Shown: positions 39,346 through 50,255 of the stretch, piece by piece | Numbering within the stretch: position 1 is the stretch's first letter | How the letters are laid out: each line of letters starts with the position of its first letter | DNA from: an uncultured Dehalococcoidia bacterium | GTDB taxonomy: Bacteria > Chloroflexota > Dehalococcoidia > Lucifugimonadales > GCA-2712585 | Assembly: GCA_958295715.1 (NCBI GenBank) | Contig: OY282371.1 | Span: forward strand, 1,175,261-1,239,260 | DNA length: 64,000 nt | Reading direction: 5' to 3' | The notes under the pieces: generated by a model | Seen by the model: only the letters and a program-made list of their open reading frames with translations | What the model was told of the DNA's origin: nothing | Databases searched by the model: none | Translations under genes and position numbers: made by a program

Positions 39346-41450
39346 GCCCTGTCTCCTTTTCGCGTATCGATTATCAACTCTCCGATGGAGCCGACGGCGG
39401 CCTCGTGGCCTGGTAGTATGGTAACAGATGAGTGGGCCTCGCAGACCATGGCCGGCCCCCTGATGACATTATCGCACAGCAGCTTAACCCGGTTGTAGTG
39501 GGGGCAGTCCAGCCAGCCGGCGCCCTTGAAAAACACCCTTCTAAGCCCAATGAAGGCGTCCTGCGGGTCGGCGCCGCCTTGGGGAAGGAGGGCGGGCCGG
39601 GGCTTGGGGATTCTTCCGAAGGCCCTGCACTTCACGTTGACCACCTCCACCGGGGCGCGCGGGTCAAAGTGGCCGTAGGCCTGATTATGGAGGCGGTGGA
39701 AGGCGTCCACCACGTCCTGAAGGTCCGACTCGCTGACCAAGTCCTTGGGAGCCGGGACCTCCAGTTCAAAGTTCTGGCGCACGTAACGCATCTCCAAGAA
39801 CCGCTCCACCTCCTGCCGCTCCTCCGGAATGCCCTCAAGGTCCAGGGAGCCGCGGCACCGGGCCACCTGCCGGTTGAGGCTCTCCCTGATGTCCCCCAGG
39901 TTCTCAGGGGACGCGGTGAGGAACCGGGTGGCCGTGGCCACGGTCTGCACGTCGCTGACGATGAGGCCCATGGAGGAAAAGAGGCCGGGAGCGGGTGGAA
40001 TCACAATGCGTCCAATGCCCATCTCCTCGGCCAGGTCGCCGGCGTGTAGAGGCCCGGCGCCGCCGTGGGCCATCAGGATGAACTGCCCCGGGTCGAAGCC
40101 CCTGCTGACGGACACGACCCTGAGTATGCGGACCATGTTGGCGTTGACCACGTCCAGGATCCCCTGGGCGGCCTCGCCGGCGGACATGCCCAGCTTGGCG
40201 CCGACGCGCTCCTCAATGGCGCGGCGCGCAAGGCCGGGATTTATCGCCATGCGGCCTCCGAGGAAGAAGTCGGGGCTGATGCGGCCCAGGACCACGTTGG
40301 CGTCGGTGACGGTGGGCTGCGTTCCGCCGGCGTCATAGCAGGCGGGACCGGGGACTGCCCCGGCGCTCTCAGGGCCCACCTTGAGCAGCCCGGCCACGTC
40401 CACCCGGGCCACGCTTCCACCGCCCGCGCTGCACTCCACCAGGTCTATGGACGGGGCGCGAACGGGAAGGCCGGTAATGCGGATGCCGTAGTAGCCCGTA
40501 GCCTCCTTGCCAATCTCAAGCATACTCACCATAGAGGGCCTGCCGTCCCGTATGAGGCTGGCCTTGGCGGTGGTGCCCCCCATGTCGAAGGAGATGAGGT
40601 CCTTCATGTTGAGGCGGTTGCCCAGGTCCACGGCGGCCAAGGCCCCGGCGGCCGGCCCCGATTCCAGGGTCAGGTGGGGGCGTCCAACCCCAACCTCGGC
40701 CCCGGCCATCCCGCCGGACGACTGCATTATGTAAAGACGCGGGGGCGGGTCCAGTTCCTGGACCAGGGCTTGTTGCAGCCTGCTGACGTACCTCTGAAAC
40801 ACGGGGCCTACGTAGGCCACGGCCGTCGCGGTGCTGGAGCGTTCGAACTCGCGGAACTCCGGGGAGAGTTCTGAGGAGATGGCGAGGTAGACGCCCGGCA
40901 TCTCCTCCTGGAGAAGCTCCTTAATCCTGGACTCGTGGGCGGGGTTGGCGTAGGAGTTGAGGAGGCAGACGGCTACGGCGTCAACGCCTTCCCCCTTGAA
41001 CGCGGTGATGCAGTTCCTAGCGTCCTCTTCGCTGAGGGGATGGATAACGCGCCCCCGGCTGTCTATCCGCTCTGAGACCTCCAAACGAAGGGAGCGGGGA
41101 ACGAGGGGCTCCGGCCTATCCACGTCCCACCGGTAGAAGTGGGGACGGGTCTGGCGGCCGATGGCCAGAACGTCCCTGAAGCCCTTTGTGGTTATGAGGC
41201 CGACCTTGGCGCCGGAGCGGGAGAGGATGGCGTTGGTGTTGACGGTGGTGCCGTGGGCCATGAGCCAAAGGCCCCGCAGCCCACCGGGGGCCGTGGCGTC
41301 AAAATGCCGCGCGCCATCCATAACGGAGCGGGAGGGGTCGCCGGGGGTGGAGGGGGTCTTGAAGACGCGCAGAAGCCCGGACTCCTCGTCAAAAAGGGTG
41401 TGGTCGGTGAAGGTGCCCCCCACGTCCACCCCTATCCGCAGACGGGCCAT
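39342..41450 (-). CDS. Hydantoinase A / oxoprolinase family, ATP-binding subunit
   Basis: GVDVGGTFTD, HGTT, SGPAAG, DMGGTT and GPESAGA.PGP motifs. Confidence 0.92.
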   Translation of the reverse strand: MARLRIGVDVGGTFTDHTLFDEESGLLRVFKTPSTPGDPSRSVMDGARHFDATAPGGLRGLWLMAHGTTVNTNAILSRSGAKVGLITTKGFRDVLAIGRQTRPHFYRWDVDRPEPLVPRSLRLEVSERIDSRGRVIHPLSEEDARNCITAFKGEGVDAVAVCLLNSYANPAHESRIKELLQEEMPGVYLAISSELSPEFREFERSSTATAVAYVGPVFQRYVSRLQQALVQELDPPPRLYIMQSSGGMAGAEVGVGRPHLTLESGPAAGALAAVDLGNRLNMKDLISFDMGGTTAKASLIRDGRPSMVSMLEIGKEATGYYGIRITGLPVRAPSIDLVECSAGGGSVARVDVAGLLKVGPESAGAVPGPACYDAGGTQPTVTDANVVLGRISPDFFLGGRMAINPGLARRAIEERVGAKLGMSAGEAAQGILDVVNANMVRILRVVSVSRGFDPGQFILMAHGGAGPLHAGDLAEEMGIGRIVIPPAPGLFSSMGLIVSDVQTVATATRFLTASPENLGDIRESLNRQVARCRGSLDLEGIPEERQEVERFLEMRYVRQNFELEVPAPKDLVSESDLQDVVDAFHRLHNQAYGHFDPRAPVEVVNVKCRAFGRIPKPRPALLPQGGADPQDAFIGLRRVFFKGAGWLDCPHYNRVKLLCDNVIRGPAMVCEAHSSVTILPGHEAAVGSIGELIIDTRKGDRA

Positions 41451-41453
41451 AGA

Positions 41454-43208
41454 CTAGGCCGCCGGGGAGCGCCGGAGGCGTTGGGTGGCGTCCATGTCCA
41501 CCTCCAGGGTCTGTGGGTCAATGACCACCTTGTAGTCACGGCGCGCCGCCTCCACCGTGACCAGGCCGTTCACCACGTCCTCCCGCACGTGGCGGTGGTC
41601 CCTCTCCAAGGGGTTCCCGTAGCCCCCCCCGCCGCCGGCGAATATAGACACCACGTCGGAGGGGCCTACCGGCACAAAGGTGGCCTCCCTCGGTATCGTC
41701 TCCGGCGAGGGCGAGTCGGGGTTGCGGACTATGCGGGTGAGGGAGCCATCGGCGCCGTTCAGGAGGCCCGGCCCCGGTATCCGGTGGCGGTTGGAGTGGA
41801 CGCCGACGAAAGAGTCCACCAACATACGCCAGTCCTTCCTAACGCCGAGGCCGCCGCGGAAGCGGCCGGGGCCGCCGGAGTCCGGAATATATTCCAGCCT
41901 ATCGGCCATCATCGGGAACTCCTGCTCCATGGCCTCTATGGGCAGGTTGGAGGTTATGTGAACGCCGTTCACGCCGTCCTTGTTGGGCCGTGCGCCGCCG
42001 CCGCCGCCAACAGTCTCGTAGTAGATGAAGGAGTTGGGCGGCTGCGCGCTGAATCCCATGCCGTGGGTGCCGTGTCCGCCGGCCTCGATTCCCTCCGTCA
42101 CCGCCTCCGAAAGGGCCAGGAACAGGGAGTCGGGAAGCTGGGAGGCGACCTCGTACCGCGCGCCCAGGGGGGAAGGCGCCTGGCAGTTGACCAGACAGTT
42201 GTCAGGGGCCAAAACCTTGATGGCGCGCTCGAAGCCGGCGTTGGGCTGGAGGTCCGGGTCTAGGATTGACCGCATCACCCAGAACACGATGGTCACCGTG
42301 CCGTGATAGGGCATGTTGATGCCGTACCTGGCGGGGCCTCCCGTCCCGGCGTAGTCCACGGTCACGGAGGGTTCGGGCTTGTGCCGGACGGTGACCTTGA
42401 CTTTGATGGGAATCGGCTCGTCGCTGTCCATGTCGTCGTCCAGGTGGTCCAGGGCCTCGTACTCCCCCTCGGCCAGGGAGAGGATGCCGTGGCGGGCCTT
42501 GAGTTCCGACACGTCTAGAAGCTGGGCCAGGGCGTCGGAAAGCAGCCGTCCGCCGTACTGGGCGGCCAGGCTCTCCATCCGCCGCACGCCGAGCTTCACG
42601 GAGCCGACGTGGGCGCGAATGTCCCCATCGCGGTTGTCGGGATCCCTGACGTTGAGGAGCGTTAGGTTCAGGATGTCCCGCTGCAACCGGCCCCTCTTGT
42701 GAAGGCGCACGGGGGGAATGCGCAGCCCTTCCTGATATATCTCCGTGGCGTCGCCAAGGGCCGCCTGGCCCGGGGCCTTCCCGCCAACGTCGGGCCAGTG
42801 GCCGGTGTTGCCCACGAAGGCGATGAGCCTTCCCTCGTGAAAGACGGGAGCGACAAAGGTGACGTCGGCCAGGTGAGAGGGGCCGCCGCTGTAGGGGTCG
42901 TTAACGATGAAGACGTCGCCATCGTGGATGTCGTCCTCGGGGAAGCGGTCCAGGATGGCCGCCCCGGTGAACATGAAGGAGCTCAGGTGCATGGGCAGGC
43001 TCATGTCGCTGATGGACACGACCCTTCCTTGAGCGTCCATGATGACGGAGGAGCAGTCCTGGCGTTCCTTGATGTTGGTGGAGAAGGCGGACTTGATGAG
43101 GCCGACGAGTATCTCGTCGGCGATGGAGGCCAGGTTGTTGCCGATTATCTCGACGGTGATGGGGTTGAGTTCGGTTTGAGGCAAGTGGGACGCTTTTCGC
43201 AGGCTCAT
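41454..43208 (-). CDS. Hydantoinase B / oxoprolinase family subunit
   Basis: NIKE..D.S, NDPY.GG.HL.D, HW.D.GG and GGGGGYG.P motifs. Confidence 0.92.
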   Translation of the reverse strand: MSLRKASHLPQTELNPITVEIIGNNLASIADEILVGLIKSAFSTNIKERQDCSSVIMDAQGRVVSISDMSLPMHLSSFMFTGAAILDRFPEDDIHDGDVFIVNDPYSGGPSHLADVTFVAPVFHEGRLIAFVGNTGHWPDVGGKAPGQAALGDATEIYQEGLRIPPVRLHKRGRLQRDILNLTLLNVRDPDNRDGDIRAHVGSVKLGVRRMESLAAQYGGRLLSDALAQLLDVSELKARHGILSLAEGEYEALDHLDDDMDSDEPIPIKVKVTVRHKPEPSVTVDYAGTGGPARYGINMPYHGTVTIVFWVMRSILDPDLQPNAGFERAIKVLAPDNCLVNCQAPSPLGARYEVASQLPDSLFLALSEAVTEGIEAGGHGTHGMGFSAQPPNSFIYYETVGGGGGARPNKDGVNGVHITSNLPIEAMEQEFPMMADRLEYIPDSGGPGRFRGGLGVRKDWRMLVDSFVGVHSNRHRIPGPGLLNGADGSLTRIVRNPDSPSPETIPREATFVPVGPSDVVSIFAGGGGGYGNPLERDHRHVREDVVNGLVTVEAARRDYKVVIDPQTLEVDMDATQRLRRSPAA

Positions 43209-43309
43209 GTAGGGAGAGGGCGTTGGTAAGCGTAGTATAAGGCTGTGGGGCTGTCAACTTGGCGACGCGCCGCCTCTCAGCCCCGTTCCGCCCTTCCCGG
43301 CCCACCCTC

Positions 43310-43786
43310 TCGTCATTCCCGCTCCCTCCGTTCCGTCATTCCCGCGCAGGCGGGAATCCATCTTCCCCCCGTTGCGCCAGGTGGGGAGGGCGACGCGCCC
43401 CTCTCACCTCCGTCCCTTATCTATCGTCATTCCCGCCTCCTCTCTTCCGTCATTCCCGCGCAGGCGGGAATCCATCTTCTCCCCGTTGCGCCAGGTGGGG
43501 AGGGCGAGGATACGCCCATAACAGACGCCCCTAAATTCGGGTGGTGGAAGGGCAAACCGGAGGTTTCACGCGTCGCTTTTAGACGGGCGTTCCCGGATTC
43601 CCGCCTTACGCGGGTTGCCCAACCCCACCCCGGGGATGGATTCCCGCCTACGCGGGAATGACGGATAAGAGGGCGGGGCGGGAATGACGAGAAGGGGGGA
43701 GGCGCAGGGGTGAAACGTCGATCTTGGGTTGGGGCCTTCCTGGATTCCCGTTTTCACGGGAATGACGGATAGGCGGGGCGGGAATG
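43310..43786. repeat. Palindromic repeat cluster 6 in divergent intergenic region
   Basis: Forward copies at 43311-43475 (duplicated ~60-bp unit); inverted copies at 43637-43786. Confidence 0.9.
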
Positions 43787-43865
43787 CCAAGGCAGAGGGC
43801 GGGAGCGCCGAGTAAGGGTGGTTGGCGGCGGCGCCTTCCATTGGGGTCAACCCAAGCCAGCGTAT

Positions 43866-43894
43866 TTGACATTGCCAGGTTGCAACCCTAGTAT
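43866..43894 (+). promoter_or_regulatory. sigma70 promoter with palindromic operator-like spacer
   Basis: TTGACA-N17-TAGTAT; spacer contains GGTTGCAACC. Confidence 0.6.
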
Positions 43895-43979
43895 GTACGC
43901 AACTTGACACCAGCGCATGACCCTGGGCCAGCGCCGCGCTGCCCGGAGGTCTGTCTGTACAGCTTGGAGGCGCCTAATT

Positions 43980-45905
43980 ATGAGCCATATCCAACGGTTA
44001 TTCAGTCGAAAAGCGGTCCTCCTCCTTGGAGGGGCGGCGGTTCTGACGGCCCTCATCATGGCCTGCGGCGGCGACGACGCCACGGCCACGCCATCGCCCA
44101 CGGCCATGGCTACAAGGGCGCCAACGGCCACCGTGGCCCCCAGAGCGACGGCCATGCCAACGGCCACCGCGACGCCGCGTCCAACGGCCACGCCCCGGGC
44201 CACGGCTCGCCCGACCACGGCTCCCACCGCGACCCCCAGGCCGACGGCGACCCCTAGACCCACGGCCACGCCCCGGCCCACGGCTCGCCCGACGCCGGCT
44301 CCCACGGCCACGGTGATGGCCCCCAGGATACCGGTGGAGTCGCGGCTGAGGGTGGCCATTCCACCGCCCCAATACCAGTCGCTGGCCATGTTCGACAGCG
44401 TGGAGGGGATTCTGCCCTACATTGAACACGTCGTGGGCGCGAACCGCGAGACGGGTCTCGAAGACACCAGCCGCCTGGCTGAGGAGTGGAGCATGTCCTC
44501 CGACGGCAGGACCTGGAACTTCAAGCTGCGCCAAGGCGTTCCCTTCCACACGGCCCCGGACTTCAACGGCGCGGAGTTGACGGCGGCTGACATGATAAAG
44601 ACGCTCCAGGTGCTGGGGTCGGACATTTCCAACCGTCCCACCATCTGGACGAACTTCGGAATAGCCGATGAGAACTTTGAAACGGTGGGCCGCCACGAGT
44701 TGAACTGGAAGCTGAACCAGCCGGCGGCGGACATCTCGGTGTGGCTGAGTCCGCAGGCCCCCTCGGGGGTGCTGAGCAAGGACTACTTCGACCTGAAGGG
44801 TGAGCAGGGATACCTGACGCACCCGGTGGGCACCGGACCCTTCAAGTTCGTGGAGGTGAACTTCGGGCAAAACCTGCGGTACGAGCGGGTGGAGAACCAC
44901 TGGCGAAAGACCTCTGAGTTCCCCGAGATGGAGTACCTGTTTGGCCCTGAAGACGCCACCCGGCTGGCCATGCTGTTGGCCCAAGAGGTGCACATAGCCG
45001 ACGTCCCCCGGTCGTTGCTGCCCGAGGCGTCCGAGCGGGGGTTTGTGGTGGTGACGGGTTCACTGCCGGGAATGACGGTGTTCGTGTTCATTGGCGGCCA
45101 GTACTACGACGGGACCAGGCAGTATCTAGCCGGTCCGAAGCAGGGCGAAACGGAGCCTCTAGCCCCCGGCTACGAAGCCACCGACCCCTTCCGAGACGTT
45201 CGGGTGCGGAAGGCCTTGAATTTGGCCATAAACAAGACCGCCATCATAGATACCTTCTGGTCGGGGGCGGCCATACCCCAGGCCATGTTCAGCCTGACGC
45301 CCAACCATCCCCACCACAAGGCCGAGTGGACGCCCTATCCCTACGACCCCGACCAGGCCCGGCAGCTGCTGGCCGAGGCGGGGTACGCCGACGGCTTTGA
45401 GTTTGACTTCCAGACGGCCAAGGTGAGCGGGGTGCCGGAGATTCCAGAGGTGGCCGAGGTCATCACTCAGAACTGGGCGCAGGTAGGTCTGGAGCCCAAG
45501 CTGCTAGAGTTGGGTTCCTTCAGCCAAATACGGTCTCTGTACCGGGCGCGCGACATCGGCAGATACGCCTACCCGGTGCGGTACAGCATCCAGCGGTTCG
45601 CCACCAACACCTGCTACCCCATGAGCAACGTGGCGGGCGGGTGCGGGTCGCCCCAGTGGGAGTACGACGAGTTGGACCAGATCTTCATCAACTTGAGGAA
45701 CGCGGTTCAGCCCGACGACATCGAAAGGTACACCCACGAGATGGGAGACTTCCTGTACAACAACTACGTGATAATCCCCATCGCCTTCCTGTTCCCACAG
45801 GCGGCCTACAACCCCAACGTGATATCCGACCCGGGGTTCGCCAGGTACATGGTGGACCAGGGACCCACCGAGGGGTTGGAGTACACCGTGCCTGTCTACA
45901 GGTAA
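43980..45905 (+). CDS. ABC transporter substrate-binding lipoprotein (family 5) with Pro/Thr/Ala stalk
   Basis: LIMAC lipobox; (PTATPR)n stalk; LAE.W, GTGPFK and VR.AL..AI motifs. Confidence 0.9.
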   Translation: MSHIQRLFSRKAVLLLGGAAVLTALIMACGGDDATATPSPTAMATRAPTATVAPRATAMPTATATPRPTATPRATARPTTAPTATPRPTATPRPTATPRPTARPTPAPTATVMAPRIPVESRLRVAIPPPQYQSLAMFDSVEGILPYIEHVVGANRETGLEDTSRLAEEWSMSSDGRTWNFKLRQGVPFHTAPDFNGAELTAADMIKTLQVLGSDISNRPTIWTNFGIADENFETVGRHELNWKLNQPAADISVWLSPQAPSGVLSKDYFDLKGEQGYLTHPVGTGPFKFVEVNFGQNLRYERVENHWRKTSEFPEMEYLFGPEDATRLAMLLAQEVHIADVPRSLLPEASERGFVVVTGSLPGMTVFVFIGGQYYDGTRQYLAGPKQGETEPLAPGYEATDPFRDVRVRKALNLAINKTAIIDTFWSGAAIPQAMFSLTPNHPHHKAEWTPYPYDPDQARQLLAEAGYADGFEFDFQTAKVSGVPEIPEVAEVITQNWAQVGLEPKLLELGSFSQIRSLYRARDIGRYAYPVRYSIQRFATNTCYPMSNVAGGCGSPQWEYDELDQIFINLRNAVQPDDIERYTHEMGDFLYNNYVIIPIAFLFPQAAYNPNVISDPGFARYMVDQGPTEGLEYTVPVYR

Positions 45906-45934
45906 GTCCGGGAACACGCTTAGCAGGAATATCC

Positions 45935-45971
45935 GAAGGCCCCTCCCGTCGCTGGAGGGGCCTTCTCATTT
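45935..45971 (+). terminator. Hairpin/terminator after the SBP gene
   Basis: GAAGGCCCCTCC-N7-GGAGGGGCCTTC followed by TCATTT. Confidence 0.7.
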
Positions 45972-45989
45972 CAAGGAGGATGCGACGAG

Positions 45990-47378
45990 ATGAGGGCGTC
46001 TTCAGAGGAACTCTGCTTCCTGAGCGTCAGGGAGGTTGGCGACCTGTACCGGTCTCGCCGGCTTTCCGCACGGGAGCTTGTGGAGGCCCACGTGGAGCGG
46101 GTCGAGGAGTTGGACGGCCGGTTGAAGACTTATGTCAACTTCCTGCCTGAGCAGGCGCTGGCCCAAGCGCGGGCGGTTGATGAGGAGATGGGAAGGGGGG
46201 AGTGGCGGGGGCCGCTGCACGGGATGCCCTTCGGTCTGAAGGACCTGTTTCACACCAAGGGGATACGGAGCGAGGCCCACTCCAAGGTGATGGAGGGCTG
46301 CGTGTTTCCCGAAGACGCCGCGGCGGTGGCGCGCCTTCGAGGGGCCGGCGGGATACTGTTGGGCAAGCAGGCCATGGGGGAGTTCGCCGTGGGCAGCTTG
46401 AGGACTGAGCTTTACGACAGGCCCAGGAATCCGTGGAGCTTGGAACACGACACCGGAGGGTCGAGCAGCGGCTCGGCGGCGGGGGTCGCGGCGGGGCTGG
46501 CCATGGCCGCCCTCGGAACGGACACGGGCGGGTCTATTCGCGGGCCGGCGTCCTACTGCGGCGTGGTGGGGCTGAAGCCGACCTACGGCCTCGTCAGTCG
46601 TCACGGTGTGGTTCCCTTAAGCTGGTCCCTGGACCACTGCGGGCCTATTACGCGAAGGGTGGAGGACGCCGCCTTGGTTCTGGGGGCCATCGCCGGTGCC
46701 GGGCCGGTGGACGCGGCGGGTTTAGACTATGCGAAAGGGCTTACCGGCGAGTTGAAGGGTGTGGTGATTGGGACGCCTCGCGGCTTCTACTCGTCGGCTG
46801 AGGTTGGGGTTGATAGGGAGGTCCTGGACGCGGTGGAGCGGGCCTTGGCGGATATGGAGGGGCTGGGCGCCGAGGTGCGGGAGGTGGAGATTCCTAGCCT
46901 GAAGCAGTACCGGATGGCCCACACGGTGATAATGATGTCGGAGGGTTTCGCCCTCCACCGGGACAACCTCCATTCACGCGCCCGGGACTATGCGGACGTC
47001 ACCTGGAACCACCTGGCCTCCGGGGGCCTCTTCACCGCGGCGGAGTACGTGCAGGCCCAACGGGTTAGAAGCAGGCTCGCCGGGGAGTTCCGCCGGGCCC
47101 TGGAGGAGGTGGACCTGGTGGCCATGCCAACCTGTCCCGGGACGGCATGGCGAATCCGCGAGGTGGACGAGGCGGGGCCGTTGGAGGCACAGAATCTGCG
47201 TGCGCCTTTCGACATGACGGGTATGCCGGCGATAACGACGCCGTGCGGGTTCAGCCGCGAGAGCCTCCCCATAGGCCTTCAGCTGGCGGCCAGGCCCTTC
47301 GACGAGGGGCGGCTCCTCAACGCGGCCCACGCCTACGAGATGCACAGCCCATGGGCAGAGCGGCGCCCAAAGTTTTGA
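45990..47378 (+). CDS. Amidase-signature family enzyme
   Basis: LHG.P.GLKD, GGSSSGS and GTDTGGSIR.PA motifs. Confidence 0.9.
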   Translation: MRASSEELCFLSVREVGDLYRSRRLSARELVEAHVERVEELDGRLKTYVNFLPEQALAQARAVDEEMGRGEWRGPLHGMPFGLKDLFHTKGIRSEAHSKVMEGCVFPEDAAAVARLRGAGGILLGKQAMGEFAVGSLRTELYDRPRNPWSLEHDTGGSSSGSAAGVAAGLAMAALGTDTGGSIRGPASYCGVVGLKPTYGLVSRHGVVPLSWSLDHCGPITRRVEDAALVLGAIAGAGPVDAAGLDYAKGLTGELKGVVIGTPRGFYSSAEVGVDREVLDAVERALADMEGLGAEVREVEIPSLKQYRMAHTVIMMSEGFALHRDNLHSRARDYADVTWNHLASGGLFTAAEYVQAQRVRSRLAGEFRRALEEVDLVAMPTCPGTAWRIREVDEAGPLEAQNLRAPFDMTGMPAITTPCGFSRESLPIGLQLAARPFDEGRLLNAAHAYEMHSPWAERRPKF

Positions 47379-47439
47379 GGCGAGACGGGGAGGTCTGCAA
47401 GGGCCGCTCCCTTCGCCGTTCCCGCCTCCCCTCTCCGTT

Positions 47440-47897
47440 CCGTCATTCCCCGCACCCTCTCCCTCCCGTCATTCCCGCGCAGGCGGGAAGGGCGCGTGCG
47501 CCCACCTAGTTTTGAAGAGCGTTGGCTCTGTGTTGGGGTTTCTGCTTCCCGCGCCCCCCTTCCGTCATTCCCGTGAAAACGGGAATCCAGGAAGGCCCCA
47601 ACCCCAAACAGCCAATGTGTCGCTCTCACACCTTCGGCCCACGCTGCCGCCTCGACCCTACGGTCTGTCAAAGGAAACCGATGGCGCTAGAAGAGAATCG
47701 GGAAAGATGGATTCCCGCCTTCGCGGGAATGACGGATAAGAAGGCGGGGGAACGACGAGGAGGGAGAACGGGAATGACGGATAGGGGGCGGGGGAATGCG
47801 GATAGGGGTGGGCAGAAGCCTCAAACGCAGAACCAACACTCTTCAAAACATGAGTGGGCGCACGCGCCCTTCCCGCCTGCGCGGGAATGACGGATAA
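47440..47897. repeat. Palindromic repeat cluster 7
   Basis: Forward copies at 47440-47595; inverted copies at 47708-47897. Confidence 0.92.
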
Positions 47898-47970
47898 GAA
47901 GGCGGGGTTGACGTGGCCAGGGGCTTCCGGTGGAGGGGGCAGAGGGCAATGACGAGGGAGGGGGAGGGTC

Positions 47971-48045
47971 TGGAGCCAACGGTGGGACTCGAACCCACGA
48001 CCTGCGGTTTACGAAACCGCTGCTCTACCACTGAGCTACGTTGGC
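47971..48045 (-). tRNA. tRNA-Thr(CGT)
   Basis: GCCAACG acceptor, TAGCTCAGTGGTAGAGC D-arm, GCGGT-TTCGTAA-ACCGC anticodon arm, GGTTCGAGTCC, CCA. Confidence 0.96.
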
Positions 48046-48180
48046 TTCCCGGCTATTGTAAGGCCAACGGGGGGTTTTTTCCAAGGCCGCGGGGGAACGG
48101 CTGAAGTCGTTAGTGTTCCCAACGCTCCCGTCACGCTTTTTCCAAGCCGCGCGGGGAACGGCGCTTATGTAAACTCCTTA

Positions 48181-49233
48181 TCAGGCGGGAGCCGGCGGTT
48201 GCGGCGGAGGGTGGGGAGCCTCGGTAGGCGCCGAGTCGTAGCCCGGGTCTCTGATGCAGGCGGCCCAGTGGTCGGGGGCAACCTCCTTCAGGACGGGGGC
48301 TTCCCGCGAACACCTCTCGATGGCTATGGGGCAACGGGGATGGAACACGCAGCCGGTGGGCGGGTTGATGGGGCTGGGGGTCTCGCCGGCGAGGACGAAC
48401 CGCTCCCTGGTGGCTTCAACCTCGGGGTCCGGTATGGGCACGGCGGCGAGGAGGGCCTGGGTGTAGGGGTGCCTGGGGTTGACGTAGATGTCGTCGCGCT
48501 TGGCCAGTTCCACCACGTGGCCCAGGTACATAACCGCCACCCTGTCGCTGATGTGCCGCACCACGGAGAGGTCGTGGGCGATGAAAAGATAGGTGAGGCT
48601 GAAGCGGCGTTGCAGTTCCTCCAAGAGGTTGATTATCTGGGCCTGAATCGATACGTCCAGGGCGGACACCGGCTCGTCGGCGACGATGAACTCCGGGTTG
48701 AGGGCAAGGGCCCTGGCGACGCCGATGCGCTGTCGCTGGCCGCTGCTGAACTGGTGGGGGAAGCGGTCCAGCATAGAGGGGTGGAATCCCACCGTATCGG
48801 CGAGTTCGGCCACCCTGGCTCGCAGCTCCTCCTTGCCGTTGACGGCCTTGTGGATTAGCAGCGGCTCGCCGATGATGGCCCCGGCGGTCATCCGCGGGTT
48901 GAGGGAGGCGTAGGGGTCCTGGAAGATGACCTGCATACGGCGCCGCAGGGGCCTGACCTCCCGGCTGCTCATGGCGGTGAGGTCGTGGCCGTTGAAAAGT
49001 ATCCGGCCGGCGGTAGGCCTGTAGAGCCGGAGGATGCAGCGTCCCAAGGTGGTCTTGCCGCAGCCGCTTTCGCCGACCAGCCCCAGGGTCTCGCCGCGGC
49101 GGATGGATAGGGAGACGCCATCCACGGCCTTTACCCACGCCTTGGGGCGCTGGAAGAAGACGCCGCCGGTCAGGGGGAAGTGCATCTTCAGGTCCCTAAC
49201 GTGGAGGATGTCGTCGTCGTGGCGCGGGTCCAC
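48181..49233 (-). CDS. oppF: Oligopeptide/dipeptide ABC ATPase
   Basis: [32 protein letters not shown] and GCVFHPRC motifs. Confidence 0.88.
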   Translation of the reverse strand: MDPRHDDDILHVRDLKMHFPLTGGVFFQRPKAWVKAVDGVSLSIRRGETLGLVGESGCGKTTLGRCILRLYRPTAGRILFNGHDLTAMSSREVRPLRRRMQVIFQDPYASLNPRMTAGAIIGEPLLIHKAVNGKEELRARVAELADTVGFHPSMLDRFPHQFSSGQRQRIGVARALALNPEFIVADEPVSALDVSIQAQIINLLEELQRRFSLTYLFIAHDLSVVRHISDRVAVMYLGHVVELAKRDDIYVNPRHPYTQALLAAVPIPDPEVEATRERFVLAGETPSPINPPTGCVFHPRCPIAIERCSREAPVLKEVAPDHWAACIRDPGYDSAPTEAPHPPPQPPAPA

Positions 49234-49239
49234 CGGCGC

Positions 49240-50229
49240 CTACCTCCCGGCGGGTCCGGCCTGCATGGGGGCCTCCCAGCAGGCGGACCAGTGGTCGGGG
49301 ACGACTTCAATGAGGGGTGGAACCTCGTTCAGGCAGCGTTCCACGGCGTAGCGGCACCTGTCGTTGAAGGCGCAGCCGTGGGGGAGGCGGGCCAGGTTGG
49401 GCGGCTGGCCGGGTATCGGTTGGAGCTTTTCCTTCCGCTCCTCGTCCAGCCTCGGGATGGACTGCTGTAGGCCGATGGTGTACGGATGCTGGGGGGTCTT
49501 GAACACGCCTGTCACCGAGGCCCGCTCCACGATTTTCCCAGCGTACATGATGGCCACGCGGTCTACGTACCTGGCGACTATCCCCATGTCGTGGCTGATG
49601 ATTATGAGGGTGGCGTTGAACTCGCGGGTGAGGTCTTTCATCAGGTCTAGGAGTTGGGCCTGTATGGTGACGTCCACGGCGGTGGTGGGTTCGTCGGCGA
49701 TGATGAGGTCGGGGCCGCAGCTGAGGGCCATGGCAATCATCACGCGCTGGCGCATCCCCCCGCTGAGCCTGTAGGGATGGTCTTTGACGCGGCTCTTGGG
49801 GTCGGGGATGCCGACCCTGTCGAGGAGGTCTACGGCCCGCGCCCGCGCCTGGTCCCTCCTCATGCCCAGGTGGGCCTGGAGGGTCTCGGTTAGCTGGCGC
49901 TCTATGGTGAGCACGGGGTTCAGGGAAGTCATCGGTTCCTGGAAAATCATCCCGATGCGCCGGCCTCTAACCCGGCGCATCTCCCGGTCGTTGAGGGTGA
50001 GGAGGTCGGCCCCCTGGAACAGTACGCTCCCGCTAACGACGCGTCCCGGGTACGGGACCAGGCCCAGGATGGCGAGGGCCGTTACACTTTTACCGCTGCC
50101 GCTTTCCCCCACTATGCCGATGGTCTCGCCGGCGTGGATGGCGTGGGAGAGGCCGTTTACCGCCTTGACCACGCCTTCCTCAGTGGGAAAGTGGACGCTG
50201 AGGTCCCGTATCTCCAGCAGAGGCGTCAT
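49240..50229 (-). CDS. oppD: Oligopeptide/dipeptide ABC ATPase
   Basis: [26 protein letters not shown] and DEPTTA motifs. Confidence 0.88.
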   Translation of the reverse strand: MTPLLEIRDLSVHFPTEEGVVKAVNGLSHAIHAGETIGIVGESGSGKSVTALAILGLVPYPGRVVSGSVLFQGADLLTLNDREMRRVRGRRIGMIFQEPMTSLNPVLTIERQLTETLQAHLGMRRDQARARAVDLLDRVGIPDPKSRVKDHPYRLSGGMRQRVMIAMALSCGPDLIIADEPTTAVDVTIQAQLLDLMKDLTREFNATLIIISHDMGIVARYVDRVAIMYAGKIVERASVTGVFKTPQHPYTIGLQQSIPRLDEERKEKLQPIPGQPPNLARLPHGCAFNDRCRYAVERCLNEVPPLIEVVPDHWSACWEAPMQAGPAGR

Positions 50230-50255
50230 GGGTCAGGGACGGCGCGGCCCACGGG

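Noticed and set aside
44080-44320. Pro/Thr/Ala repeat in the SBP as a novel repeat
   Set aside because: It is an ordinary lipoprotein linker stalk.
45990-47378. gatA
   Set aside because: No gatB or gatC is adjacent, there are two paralogs in a catabolic context, and it is better called a generic amidase.
31411-47971. Integrated element bounded by ssrA and tRNA-Thr
   Set aside because: No integrase or att duplication was found. Apart from the first gene, composition matches the host.
48076-48162. Two 26-bp repeats at 61-bp spacing resembling a type I-E CRISPR repeat end (GCGGGGAAC)
   Set aside because: Only two copies. The first overlaps the tRNA promoter -35 (TTGGAA-N18-TACAAT, minus strand), so a local duplication is more likely.
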